A stretch of DNA of 64,000 nucleotides. It comes from Podarcis pityusensis. Its lineage: Eukaryota. The notes under the pieces are model-generated. The model did no database searches. It was not told the origin of the DNA and worked only from the letters and a program-made list of their open reading frames with translations. The stretch lies in NCBI GenBank assembly GCA_964106645.2, contig OZ067044.1, one strand, 5' to 3'. Both the position numbers and the translations under genes were made by a program. Position 1 is the first letter of the stretch; every line of letters begins with the position of its first letter. This document shows, piece after piece, positions 49,502-62,436 of this stretch.

Positions 49502-51812
49502 CAATAATTAAAATACCTCAAAATACATTTAAAACCAGTTTGCCCTGACATCAGCCCAGTGAACAGCACATTGTGTAAACCTTAATTATCAAACTCATGT
49601 CTAAGAAAGATTTCATAAAGGGCCTGTTTACCACTTCCTCCATAATTCAAAGAACATTCTATGGGAAAGTCAGGAGGGGACCAAAAATTAAGTGTAATAA
49701 TAATGGCTGAATCTGTAGTTAGCTCAGATGTCTGTCCTCACTTTTCTGCTTTCATTTTTAGTGGGAATGTTAGTGCACAAGTATCCTTGCAGCTGATTCT
49801 CCTCCCCCCCCAACAGATGTTGGTCAGTCACCCATTAGTGTACAGTTCAGCACTGACTCAGAGGTAGCTCAAATTTGAAGCCACTCTTTTTGTTTGCCAG
49901 CTTGCAAATATTAGATGCTCCAAAGGCCAAGAGGAGAATAGATTGTATTAAATGGTGGATAATACACATTTATCATTGATTTATCTCTGGAAAACCTGAA
50001 TGTAGGCATATTTCCACATCGTTCTCAATCTGAGGTGTTGAATATCTTTCTTCGATCTGTTGATCCATTGAAGAAAAGTACTGCACAAGTTCCAGGAGAA
50101 AGTCATCACAGTGAAACTATTCCAATTATCATTATCATTATACAAATTTATAGACTACTTCCTGGTATATAAAGACCACTGAAGCAGTTTACAGTTTACA
50201 GGTAAAAACAAAACAAAACTCTTTAAGAATAATAAAATGAATTCAACAAGCTTTATAAAGAAATAACGCCATCCATGCAAACTCCCAAAACCATGAAACA
50301 TGTCATCAGATATAAGATTGATATCCTATAAATGGTTGGGTTACACAGCAAGGGAAGCTTCCTAAACAAACCTGTAGAAAAAGAACTTATTTTCACTGTT
50401 TTGCATTCTGCCCACAAGAATAAATGTTTTAAATGTAAAACAAGAAGTGATCTAAGCACAAGCCGCAGAGGCTTCTGGCAATCTCAGATGTTTTGTTGGG
50501 ATCTTAAACAGGGATGGGATGGGGATTGTCTCCCTGAAACATGAATGACAATAGAGTAGCTAAAACAGTAATATGGCCCTTAAAGCTCAGGCTGGTCACT
50601 TGCAGCACAACAAAAGCCACCCCAGTGACATCTGCTGCCCTTTAGCTGAGTCCAGCATGACACCAAATGTTCAGATGTTTTCATCCTCTTTCCCTGCCCC
50701 TCCCCCCCGCCAATAGCTCTTGTTCTACTGTACTAAATGGGGTGGGGTGGAGAAGAGAATAAAAGGAGGAGAGTTGCTTCTCCCCATGGAATAGCAGAAA
50801 GCAGCCAAGAGATTAGTGAGCTACAGATAATGCAGCAAGCAAATATTGATTAAACCAAACTGTTCATTAAACCAGGAAAATCATTCTACCCAGTGTGCCT
50901 CCCAACTCTGGTGTTGGAAGAGACCAGTATTCTCAGATGGTGGATGCTGAAGGGCTGGTTGGACATAGGGAGAGGAGTCATTCTCTTCCCTGCCCCCATT
51001 TATGGGGCTGTTTGAGGAAATACTAATTTGAATGAGGCACAAGAAGGTGCAGACATTTCCATGAACGCGGCAAATGGAGAAAAAAGTGTGGTCTAAACTG
51101 TGGGACTATGTGCCACAGTCTCTGCATAATCCTCCTAGTCCCCAGGGTTACCGTGTGTCTCCTTTTGAAGGGCTGTAGCAAACCTGCCTCATGTTACATA
51201 AAAAAGATACCAACTTTAGAGGGCAGTCCTGTGCTTGAAAGATCCTGAGAGGTCTAGCCCAAGGTTTAAAGATAAAACACAGATGGGCCACTTATGGTTC
51301 TTTCATCAGCTGGGCAGCAGACTGAGCAGGCATGCAGGTCACCAGGTTTTGGTCTTCTCCACTATGGCAGGATGCATTGCGTTTCTGTTGAAATTATAAT
51401 AAATTATTCCTGAATTTGCACCTATGCACTTATTTAGAAGATTTATAAATGGGTTAATCAAAGAAATTAACATATGCAAATCTGTCTTTTATTATTACAA
51501 TTAGTTAGATCCTGCCTTTCATGATGTAAACTCTACCAAGGGAGCTTACAAGTAACATTCAATTACATAGTTTGTAAGCATAATAAACAATATTACGGTA
51601 ACCTCTTAAAAACTCATTGGAATCATTCCCACAGGACAGCTGGTGGAAGATCACCCTGTGGGAAGGAGAGTGCAGCTGGACCAGTCCCTGAGAGGTGGTC
51701 TTCACCTCCAGCCCTCTCTTTCAGAATTCTTCCCACAGGGCAGTTTTTGTCCTCTTTTCTGTGTATGTCTTTTGGTGATGCATAACTGGCCACCTTGCAG
51801 TTTATGCTAACT

Positions 51813-51966
51813 CATAGAAAGCTGTCTTAGGCTGAGTTGGACCATTAGTCTCTACGTTGACTGGCCATTGCTCTTTCTTAAAGGGGTCTTTCCCAGTCCT
51901 ACCTGCAGATGCCAGGAATTGAACCTGCAACCTTCTTCATGCAAAGCTTTCCTACTGAGTTATGGC
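51813..51966 (-). mobile_element. tRNA-derived SINE
   Basis: Reverse B-box GGAATTGAACCTG and A-box-like CTACTGAGTTATGGC. Confidence 0.7.
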
Positions 51967-54083
51967 TAGAGCCTATTAGAAAAGAAAAGGAAGGACAACC
52001 CACAGGCTTCTATTGATGCCTGGTGAGCCCAAGGCTTTCACATTAGGAGCACTATGCTCCAAGCATAACACTGAACTGCGAGGTAGCAATGGAGAAGTTT
52101 GGAGGTGAATTTTATTTTTTAGAATAAATGACTGATAAGTGACCGATGGTCACTGTATCTACAATGTATACCGATGGTGGCTTTTTTTACTGTTGATATT
52201 AGTATTCTTTGCGTATCATTTTTTTCTCTTTCTTTTTTCCTTTCCTTTAATCCCCCCATGTTTTTTCCTTTCTCTCCTTTTCCTTGTTAAATTTGCAAAA
52301 AAAAAAAACCAACCAAAAAAAAATTAATCAACTACTAATGCAAGTAGTACAATGGCAAATACAAATTCCACTTACTAGGCACAGCTATTTCCCCCTTAGG
52401 ATGGACGCTTCTCACAGTCCATTATTCTGAAAAATGATTCCTTGGTGGCTGTTTTTAAGTCGCAAGTCCCTGCTCTGCTGGCATAAAGTTGAAAGCCAGG
52501 TTCTTAGCAGTCTTCTTGCCAGAAAGCCAATAGCTAGAGTTTTACTTCGGAGTAGGCGGCTCCATTTCTATTGCCTGCTTAGCTATGGAGCTCTCCTTGT
52601 GCTGGGATGGAGTTTGGCCTTTCAGCAGCACCCTGTGTGAGGCAATAATCTGGCGCCCCTCCACTTCTTGCCTTTTGTTCTGCTCAATTCACTATGTCAT
52701 AGTAGCAATGCCCTGCGGCGCCCCCTAGGCTCAGCGATGAGTGCAGAGGAACTGGTTGCACTGCCCTAAATCTGCCTCTGCCTCATGCAAGTCATTCTTT
52801 GTACCTCTTATTAACTTAAGTGGGGTTATGAGGACGAAATGACCTGTGCTGCTTGGAGGAAGAGCAGGATTTCATATGTAGCAGGCAAACATCTCCCAGG
52901 TGCTATGCATATGTGTTACTAAGGCTGTGTTCTAGTCTCTTATTATACTTTAGCATTGAATATAAAAGCTCCCCAGCAGCTTTGGATTGCACCACATGGA
53001 AGTGACTCCCCCACACACTGTGTTTGTGAAGGGGGCTTTAGCTTGGATGCTGATGGAGCTGCTCAACTTGAATCTGGAAGATCTAAGTTTGAGTCCTACC
53101 TTAGCCATGGCTCCATCACTTTGCTAAGTCTCCTATCCCTGACTGTTAAGTGGGGATAATAAGTGGCCTACCCTGTGTGATAGCAAAGCAGCTAATCAAA
53201 AGTGATAGCAAATGTATAGCCAGAAGCAGCAACCTCAAAAGATCATGGGCTAAGATTAAAATTAAGTAACAAGACACAGGATAATTTCCCCAACTATTTC
53301 AGATTATGTCTCTTGAACTGGAATTGGCCCAGATCCATTCTAAAAACCCTTCTAAAATCCATGTTACATGAGGAGTCCCCAGTAGCTCCTTGGACTTAAG
53401 GCCATTCCCCTCCACTGCCCCCAGGGTTCAAGGGGAAAATACAGTGGGGTTTTATAGGTGTCTGGCCTTTGTGCCATCTATCCAATCCTGGGGCAGGCTG
53501 CTGCTGGTGCTCCCTCGAGGAGCTTCACTTTTCAACGTGTTTGACCCACAGACTCTCTCTAAGTGGCTACCTGTCAGTTTCCATTTCAGCCTTACCTTAC
53601 TGTTTACATGAGTGCTGACCACTGCCTGATATATTACCTGTATTGATTCTCTAATAGCTGTCAAGGTGGAGAGAGAGAGACTATTCTAAGACAGGGCTTG
53701 GAGCTCTTAGCCGAGTAGGATCATAAACGCCTCCCATTAAAGGGTCCATTCAATAACAATCTTTACCAAAGTAAATGGACATCAGTGGGCTCCCCAGCAG
53801 GCTGCCTAATGCAAAGGCCATTATAAAGCACCGAGGCAGAGCTGGAGGAAGGTTATGGCTGTGGTATCAGTTTCAGCAATGTTTTTTCAAGTGATTCCTT
53901 TAATGAAAAGCACGTTCTTTTTTATCTCAGGGCTGTAATAGAGTTGCTCAGAGTTGTCCTGTTTACCTAAGGCCATATCCGCTAAGAAAAAATAATCAAG
54001 TTGTTTTAGCCAGCGTTTACTTGCAGCTAACAGTAACAAGGCAGGTGCATATATGTCTCCTGGAAACAACAACAACAACAACA

Positions 54084-54598
54084 TGCTGAAGGATACTAGG
54101 ATGTAAAAGGGACCTTGTGAAGACTACACCCTTGGCAGTTATGGGGAAAGAACAGGGAGGGGTTGAGAGTGAAGGAGGAAACAAGTTATGCAAGTATGTT
54201 GCATGAGTCAAGCTTAAGGATGAGTCGTGCTTAAGCATGAGTCGAGCTTAAGGATGAGTCATGCTTAAGGGAGCATGCGTGGAAGAGGAAGAAGCAGGAA
54301 CCAATGAGAAAATGCCAACAGAACATTGAGCGAGCCATATAAGGGAATAAATGAAAAGGCGTTATGTGACTGGATGAAGGAGGTGGGATGACACGAGGGA
54401 TGGGATAATGAGAAGGGTATAAAAGTGCTTGCCTGTTTGCTGTAAAGGCCGCCAGCCTTTGGAAGCGATTCCGCTGGCCGCCTCTGCGCAGAACTGAATA
54501 AACTCTTTCTCCGTGAACCACATCCTGGTGTTTTTTGACTCCTCTATCTTCCCCCGTGGGGGTACGTGCTCCAGTGGACAGGGTAAAAGGCTTCAACG
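54084..54598 (+). mobile_element. Solo LTR, about 515 bp
   Basis: Inverted termini TGCTGAAG...CTTCAACG, flanks CAACA/CAACC, four 17-bp U3 repeats, CCAAT 54301, TATAAAA 54418, AATAAA 54497. Confidence 0.8.
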
Positions 54599-54817
54599 CA
54601 ACCTTAAAATAATCATTTTTCTGGTGGTCAGAAATGATGCAAGTACAATGCCCTGTACAAATATTAATAAAATGATCCCATTCTCATTGCAGTGTTGGGA
54701 AGCAATACTAAGTCATCTCAACTATCAGATTCTGGATTAGTAACACACCCATTTAACTTTTTATATTTTTTATTATCCAAGCCGTGCAGGCTAGACATTA
54801 TATCTCTATCTATATAT

Positions 54818-55439
54818 ATATATATATTTTTTTTTTTAAAAAAAATAATTTTTATTAAGGTTTTAAACAACAAAGAAAGAGGAAAAAAAACATACACAAT
54901 ACATATAACAACAACACACACAAAAAAACAACACAAAATTCAACAATAAAGAAAAAAATACAAAAAACATAACAATTAAAAACAATATCTCTTTTCCAAT
55001 TCCATTTTTAAGTTACTTATTTTCTGGACTTCCTCATACCTCCCTCTTTTGTATTCCAAACCAAATTGTTTGTCCAGCAGTTTCTTTTCCACTTTTTTAA
55101 TCCCAATCTTTAATTTGATAAAATATTAAAATATATAACTTCAACTTCTTTAAACCTAATCCTTGGTCTTAGTATCATATAACATTAAAATTTTCCCTCT
55201 TAATATCAAATTTCCATTTCTTTAAACATCTTTAATCTTAATCTTTAATCTTAGTCTATCCTTAACTTTAACCTGTACAGCTGGAAACCACTTGTTTTCA
55301 GTCCAACATCACTCTAACATTCCTTAATTTTGCAGTGTTTCTGAAGATAGTCTTTGAATTTCTTCCAATCTTCCTCCATCGACTCTTCTCCCCGGTCACG
55401 GATTCTACCAGTCATTTCCGCCAATTCCATATAGTCCAT
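54818..55439 (-). mobile_element. 5'-truncated L1-clade LINE with 18-bp TSD
   Basis: TSD ATATCTCTATCTATATAT at 54800-54817 and 55440-55457; poly-T; minus-strand peptide DYMELAEMTGRIRDRGEESMEEDWKKFKDYLQKHC. Confidence 0.88.
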
Positions 55440-55809
55440 ATATCTCTATCTATATATGGCATCTTTTCTAAAAATTAAAATTCAATTTTCAGGATGTCGG
55501 TGGGAACTACCAGATTTAATGTAAGACTATGGAGTTCAGTGTCACACACTATGTTGAATGTTCCATCTGCCAAACGTATCAGCTTGCCAGATGAAATGAT
55601 CCACCTTTCCTCCCCCACTTTTATAGGGGTTCTCTCAAACCCCCAAGCCAATTTTTGGGTGTGTGCAGGAGGAGGAGGAAAGATCCTTTGCACAAGTGGA
55701 AGCCCTTGCACAGGACTTCTGCTGATCACGTTTATTAGGCACTGCCCGCCCACCATGTTTAGAAATGTATTGTGCACAAACAGATTCCTGGACCTCCAGA
55801 TTCCTGGAC

Positions 55810-55962
55810 AACTGAAGGCGGCCCTGTTTAGGGAAGTTTTTTATGTTTTATGCTTACTGTTTTTAATATTCGGCTGGAAGCCGCCCAGAGTGGCTGGGGA
55901 AACCCAGCCAGATGGGCGGGGTATAAATAATAAATTATTATTATATTATATTATTATTATCA
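55810..55962 (+). mobile_element. L2 LINE 3' end
   Basis: CTGAAGGCGGCCCTGTTTAGGGAAG...GCCGCCCAGAGTGGCTGGGG...GGGCGGGGTATAAATAATAAA followed by (TTA)n. Confidence 0.8.
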
Positions 55963-56964
55963 TCACATGTGTGTCTCTAAATGCTGTAAAATCTAAACTG
56001 AGTGCCAAACTAGGCACAACACTTTTGGGAGCCACATCAGAGGGGTTTTTGGGTTGGGGGTGGGGATATTAATAGGCATAGGGGGTTATTGTTCATCAAG
56101 ACTGCCTACTATGGCCCTGAGAAAAATCATCCCCAGCCTCAATGCCTACTCTTACTCCAGAAGGGTAACTCCCAGGATTACCAATGGAGGCTAATAACAG
56201 GCACCAGAGGATAATCATTATCTGGGCTCCAGTGCCGAGAAAAGGTTAAACCTATCTCTGTGTAGTTATTCTCCACCCTGCCCCACCCGTGCCGTCTTAT
56301 CCTTCCTTTTCTTTCCAGCTGATGTGTTTTCCAGTGACATGATCAGCATTAGGCCTAGTTTGGCTTTGAGGTTCTCTTTGTTCCAGCAGATCTCCTTTGA
56401 GGACAGCCATGGACAATTTGCGTTGTGGACAATGACCTTGACTGGAGCAAATGAAAGCTGCAAGGCTCTGTTGTGTAGTATCTGAGCTCATTTTGGTAGT
56501 TAGGAACCCAACACCCACCCAGACGCGACATCTGCTGTACTGGAGGGCGTTTGGGTGGGGTGGAGAGGTCTCTCCACTCACCTCTGCTGTTGCAGAACAG
56601 CTGTGCCCACCTAAACTATGAATTGACAGTAGCTAACCCCCCCCCCCCGCCCGGGGTGTTTTCAGGGATGGGAGTGGGAAGGGAGGAGGTGGAGCTTGGC
56701 TGGCTAAGGACAGTCTGGATTCAAATATGGTTCAGCTTCTGGCAAGTTGCCACTCAGGGCATGATCTGGGCCCCACTGCTGCATGAGTCTGGAGTTGATG
56801 CAGCAAAGATATTGAGGGCTCCTTTCCCCTGCCAATCATCCACCTTGGCCAGCATGAGTGGCAGCGCTTTGCATATGCCCATGGCTCTGCTGCTCCATTA
56901 AGCCCCAGTGCTGCCTGCCAGAAGATTAGCTTGCTCTATGTACCACAACCATAACAGTCTAGCC

Positions 56965-57231
56965 CAGAGGTCAGCAAACTTTTTCAGCAGGGGGCCGGTC
57001 CACTGTCCCTCAGACCTTGTGGGGGGCCGGACTATATTTTGAAGGGGGGAGGAATGAACGAATAATAATGAACAAATTCCTATGTCCCACAAATAACCAA
57101 GAGATGCATTTTAAATAAAAGGACACATTCTACTCATGTAAAAACATGCTGATTCCCATACCATCTGCGGGCCGGATTGAGAAGGCGATTGGGCCGGATC
57201 TGGCCCCCGGGCCTTAGTTTGCCTACCCATG
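56965..57231. mobile_element. hAT MITE with perfect 8-bp TSD
   Basis: TSD GTCTAGCC at 56957-56964 and 57232-57239; imperfect TIRs CAGAGGTCAGCAAACT/AGTTTGCCTACCCATG; subterminal GGGCCG repeats. Confidence 0.9.
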
Positions 57232-59189
57232 GTCTAGCCAATCCAAGGCACAAGGGAGGGAAGAATTATGGAGTTATTAAAGCAAAGCGAAGTTTCTTGG
57301 AATTTGAATAGGCTGGTGCTTCAGTGGTCACAGCCAAAGTTTCTGATTGTGTCCTGGCCCAATAGCAAAAACAACAGCATTGGATGGAGCTGTGAATTAA
57401 AAAGTGAGTGCAGTCTTGTTGCCTTGACGTTTCACTTTTACTGTTTGCTGCAGAGTGGGAAACAGGTGCTTTAGTGCCTTCGCTTTATTTACATACCAGG
57501 CTTGAAAGGCTGCAGAGCAGATGACTTTACAACAATGGCAGATGGTGAGCATCCTTCTTGGGGGGACTGCTGATTAGGGCAGTCTTCTTCTTGATCACCA
57601 AGGAGTTGTGGCTTAAAGTGAAACCCCCTTGAAAGCTGTTGCCTGACATGGACTAAGCTTCTATTGCTGTCTTTGTGAAATAATGTCCATGCTATAGCGA
57701 AATGTTGAATGGAAGGGTCTCCCTGAATTACTGTATTCCTGTCTTGTAGGGCTGATTGCAAGAACAGAGTAAAATAATTGGTGGTCTATAAGGAAGACTC
57801 ATTAATGCATTAGTTTAACATATTAGTATTGATCACACAAAGACTTTCAGCTGTAGTTTCAGAGATTTCTACAAGGAGACAAGACAAAGGTCAATGGGTA
57901 AATAGCGCTAAACTTGAGGTCAAAGGTGAATGTGTACAGTCATTAAAAACAAATCACAGTAGAGTAAATGACGGATTAAATCGGCGGGATATGACAATTC
58001 TCCTGAAATAGTTTCAAGTCAACATGGCCAATAACAAAGTGAGTCCTGCATTCCACTCTGTTCTTTCAACCTGATTTTAATTGCTGGTGGAATAAATTTA
58101 TTATTCCTCTCAAATTCAAACTTGGCAGCTTTCTTCTTTAAGAAGTAGCGCAGGAAAGGATCTGGCCTGTTTTTGAATTGTACAGTGAAACAACTCAGAT
58201 TACTTTCTTCTCTGCCAATCTTTTATGTGACTTATAAGGATAATTGAATGAATACTAACAATGTGATAAGTAGGTAAGAGGAAATGAGAGAGACAGAGAG
58301 AATATATCTCCAGGAATTTCACATTATAAACCCAAACAAAAAACTTCAACAAATCTTATTTTTGTCCTGTGTATGTAGATTTTAAAAATGCAAATACTTC
58401 ATCTAGCTCAAGGCAATCTTCATGGGATTAAACTAGGGTTGCCACAGCATTATTTTCCTGAATGAGGCTCTATGCATTTCACAGCTGCATGGCAGACAAA
58501 AATCCAACAGGGAGCCTCTTTTCCTATTGCTAAATGTCAATGCTAGAAATGCTGCTCTTGTTGAACTTTGTCATGCAGATGTTAATGCATAGGGCTTCTA
58601 CTGGAGGGTGGGGGGTGGTGGCGGCGAGGTTGTAACCTTAGATTAAGCAAATGATTTAAGAAAATTTATCTTAAAGTCAACATTTTCCAGAATCCTTTGA
58701 AATGTATTTGGACCCTTCTGATTTCCTGAATCTAGGAGAAGATCCTGCCAAAGTAGATACTGTTAGTTTCAATATAGAAGAGCAAACTTGTTTATTTTCT
58801 TCTCAGAGCAGTTTTCCTTCTGTGAAATGGGTTTGGTTTGTTGTTGTTGATCTTTGTGAGGTTTGGTATTTGGGGCTCAGCCTCAATCTTTGTCTTGAAC
58901 TCAGTTTCTTTGGAAGTTATTTGACTTTTGTGACAAGGAAGGTCCCCTTGGCAGCCATTATTAAACATGGCTGCCCATTTTATGGTGTTCACAGCACTTA
59001 CATTTCCAGATGTGGCCCAGGGCTCTAAAAGGCTGATGACCCCTGAATTAGTTTGTGGCTAATAAAGGCAGCCATGAAGGTCACTGGCTGACTTTGAGCC
59101 AGTCATCCCAGCTGTAACTTTCTCTGTTCCTCCTACCTGTCTTGATTGGCTACAACTTCCATCCTCAAAATCTTGTCAAGTCTTTAAGG

Positions 59190-59335
59190 CAGGGATGGAA
59201 AACTTGTGGCCTTCCAGATGTTGTTGGATTCCAGTTCCCATCCTTCCTGACCATTGCTCATGCTGTCTGGGGGTGTGTGTGTGTGTGAGTTGGAGTCTAA
59301 CAGTGTTTGGATGATCACATGTTTCCCCACCCCTG
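59190..59335. mobile_element. hAT-type palindromic MITE (family of 7309)
   Basis: CAGGGATGGAAAAC...GTTTCCCCACCCCTG termini. Confidence 0.75.
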
Positions 59336-59992
59336 TTTTGTTTTGTTTTTAAATCCCAATCTAGAATATTTATGGAACAGATCATTTTAGTTATAGAACT
59401 TTTGTTTCCTGATGTTTTGCAATATGATTCACACAGATAAGGAAATTGTTATTTCTTTTCTTAACATCTTGGCCACAACTGAGGATACTTCTGTCATGCT
59501 TTAATCTCATTGATTTCAGTGAGATTTAAATGTGTGGGATTTAAGTGTTTGAATATGTACATTTTTAAAAGAGAATGTTTATTTCCTTTCCTTTAGATGC
59601 ATTTTACCTGAGGCCATTGCACTACTTTTTTGACCAGTTATCTTGGATTGATGCATTACTGTGAAATTCCTATAAGGGAATCTGGTGTCACAACAATATA
59701 AGTTCACATCAAATGCCAACAAAATGTCATAAAACTGAAGAACCATATTGGTTTTTGATGGTGTTTGAGTTTCTGAAACAGCAGGACAGAACTAGCCTAA
59801 CCCTCAAAATCCCATGGGCATGGGAGGTGATAGGGGCTTGATGTTTTGTGCTGACTAGGACTGGTGAGTGTTGTAATCCAAAACATCTGAAGGACACCAG
59901 GTTGGCAAAGGTTCTTATAGCCCAGTTTTGGCCATGCAGTAAAGGTCTGGCAGGGGAGTGCTTGTTTGATTGACAACGGGGTGATAAACTGT

Positions 59993-60300
59993 ACGGGAGC
60001 TCACCCCGTCCCTTCTGATGGGCAAACCCAAGGGGCTAAGTGGTTTAGACCACAGCACCACCCGCGTCCCCCATTGCTCTGTCCCATCTTCTGCCAACCT
60101 AGCAGTTCGAAAGCATACCAGTGCAAGTAGATAAATAGTGTCCCGTTGCGCCAGAAGCAGTTTAGTCATGCTGGCCACATGACCCGGAAAGCTGTCTGTG
60201 GATAAATGCAGGCTTCCTTGACCTGAAAGCGAGATGAGCATAGCACCCCATAGACACCTTTGGCTGAATGCAACCACCATGGGTCCTTTACCTTGACCTT
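59993..60300 (+). mobile_element. Sauria-type SINE with inverted 5' head
   Basis: Body (+) 60071-60300 ends in a TTTACC-type tail; head 59993-60070 is on the minus strand (compare 62534-62884). Confidence 0.85.
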
Positions 60301-62436
60301 ATCAATAAATGTCACTCAGAATTAACCAAGCTGGTAGGAGTACTGCATCTTTTTTCAGCTGATCGTTGCCTGGAAGGAGGAGCGCTACATTTTCCTGATA
60401 ATCATGACAATGACTGTGATCAGGGTTGGCTCCTGGAAGATGAGTGGAGCAAAGGGCAAAGGATGCCACTTCCCTCCCCACCTGCAGTGATATTATCTCC
60501 AACTTCAGGAGTTTAACTTTCCTTGACAAATCGACCCTCTTTGACCCTAATCCATTCTGGGTAGAAGAATTGATATGCAAATGCATCTTAATTGTTCTCT
60601 ATTGCATTGGTAGGCAGACTTGGCAGAAAGCCTAATGCAGGCAGGGTTTTAATCCTGAAGTCTTAAGAATGTTTACTTTAGAAGTAAGATTGGTTGATTT
60701 CAATTAGATTTATTATCTAGTAAGTATGCTATGGGGCTAAAGTCGATACACACACAGTTAGGGGGAAAGACTGTACTGGAAATCTAGCAGAAATGAATGA
60801 GGAGGATTCCCATTCACCATCCATTACTTGGTTTTGGCTAGGTTCTTACAGATACATCACAATATTTGCTTCAATTTGTAGATTTCTCTTCCTCCTGCAA
60901 GCTCCATGTGATAGATCTGTAGTACTTGCTGGATTATTTATCTCTGTTTTCATTGGTGGGCACTCCTTTTTTGTCTGCTTCTGAATTGTGCTGATATTGT
61001 TAACTTAAAATCCTCTTTCACTGGGCAGCTCTCTGGAATTCATCTTGGTGTTAGCTTCCAAGAATACAGATGTCCTTGGCCAGTTTTCATCAATAACCTG
61101 GTGCAAATCTCCTTCTGCATTCCTGCAATGTCTGTAAGACAAAAAAAGGGGGAGAGAGATGGGAAGAACATTTGCTGTTCTTTATACTGAATGCTTCTTA
61201 CTAGAAATTGATTTCTTGATTTGGTTAATGCCTTTTAGCATAAATGCCCCCATTAAATTTCAGATTTGAAGAAGTAGCAACAAATCTGATTGACATCTTC
61301 AAGTATGTCTGTGTGCTGTATCTGTGCCTTTTCCACCTATGATATTGAACATGTTTCATTTTTAAGAGGGATGACCTTGAGTTGTCATTGTCTTAGAAAA
61401 CTCACACTGGTTAGGAAGCTTCCATTAATGTCCTCAAGTGAAAGCTACAGCCAAGTTCCCATGGGGTATGTGAGGGATAAAGGAATTTTACTGTCCTCTG
61501 GACACAAAAATCCATTTGTTAAAACATATGCTAAGTGTAATGGAAAATAGCATGCAGTTATTGAATTCCTTTGTGGGGTGAAATAGTCCGTATAGGATAG
61601 CTTTGCTTTCATACTTATCTGTTTGATTCTCCGGTTCCATGGATTTTGAGGGCAGCCTTTATTATTAAAGAAATGACTTAATTGGAACATAAAAGATAGC
61701 TAGCAGAAAGCAAGGATCAGTTTGTAAAGCAAAGTGGTACATTGGGTTTGATTCACACTGAAGTGTTTTCTGATGTTCTCAGCATCTCTACTTCCCCCTC
61801 TGTTGTATCTTAGAAGAATTTATAATAGACCCAAACTATCTCTAACCCACATGCATGGAAATTTAACTGGGCTGTAAGGACTTTTGTGTTACCTTAAACC
61901 AGGGGGCGTCAACCCAGTGCTTGAGGGGGCCACGCTGGCAGCATAGGCTTTCATTGGTTTTCCTGGGCAGGTGCCTTACACTGACTTCATCTTTAAATGA
62001 AAACTCAGAGTCTCTAGCCAGCCCAGAAATAAGGTTATGGGACAAAATGTGAAGGTGCCTTCTAAGTGATTTCTGCAAAACAAGAGTGAGTGTGGTGAGG
62101 CCACTTTGCATATTTTTCCTGCTACTGAATAATGTTTCATGTTGTTATCAGACAGCCTCAGTGTGTGCAGTCTGTTTTGTGTGCTCTACACAACCAGGAT
62201 ATGTCTGGATTCCTATGGCAGAACTAAGGGTCTCAAATCTCAGTGGCACCCTGTGTGACTGCAAAATTTGATGCCCCTGCCTCTTGCGCTCCATTCTAAA
62301 GCATAGTTTTGGCATCCCCCAAGGCTCCGCACTCACTGCAACCAAATCAGTCAGGTTCTCCTAAATCCACCTCTGCTGTCAGGGGTGATTCTCTCTCTAA
62401 ATTTTTGTAATACCACACTCTCCATGGCAGTCATTT

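Noticed and set aside
54201-54268. Short direct repeats resembling a CRISPR array
   Set aside because: Eukaryotic context and contiguous 17-mers with no unique spacers; these are LTR U3 enhancer repeats
55494-56072. 192-aa ORF
   Set aside because: Runs through an L2 tail and simple repeat; no domain similarity
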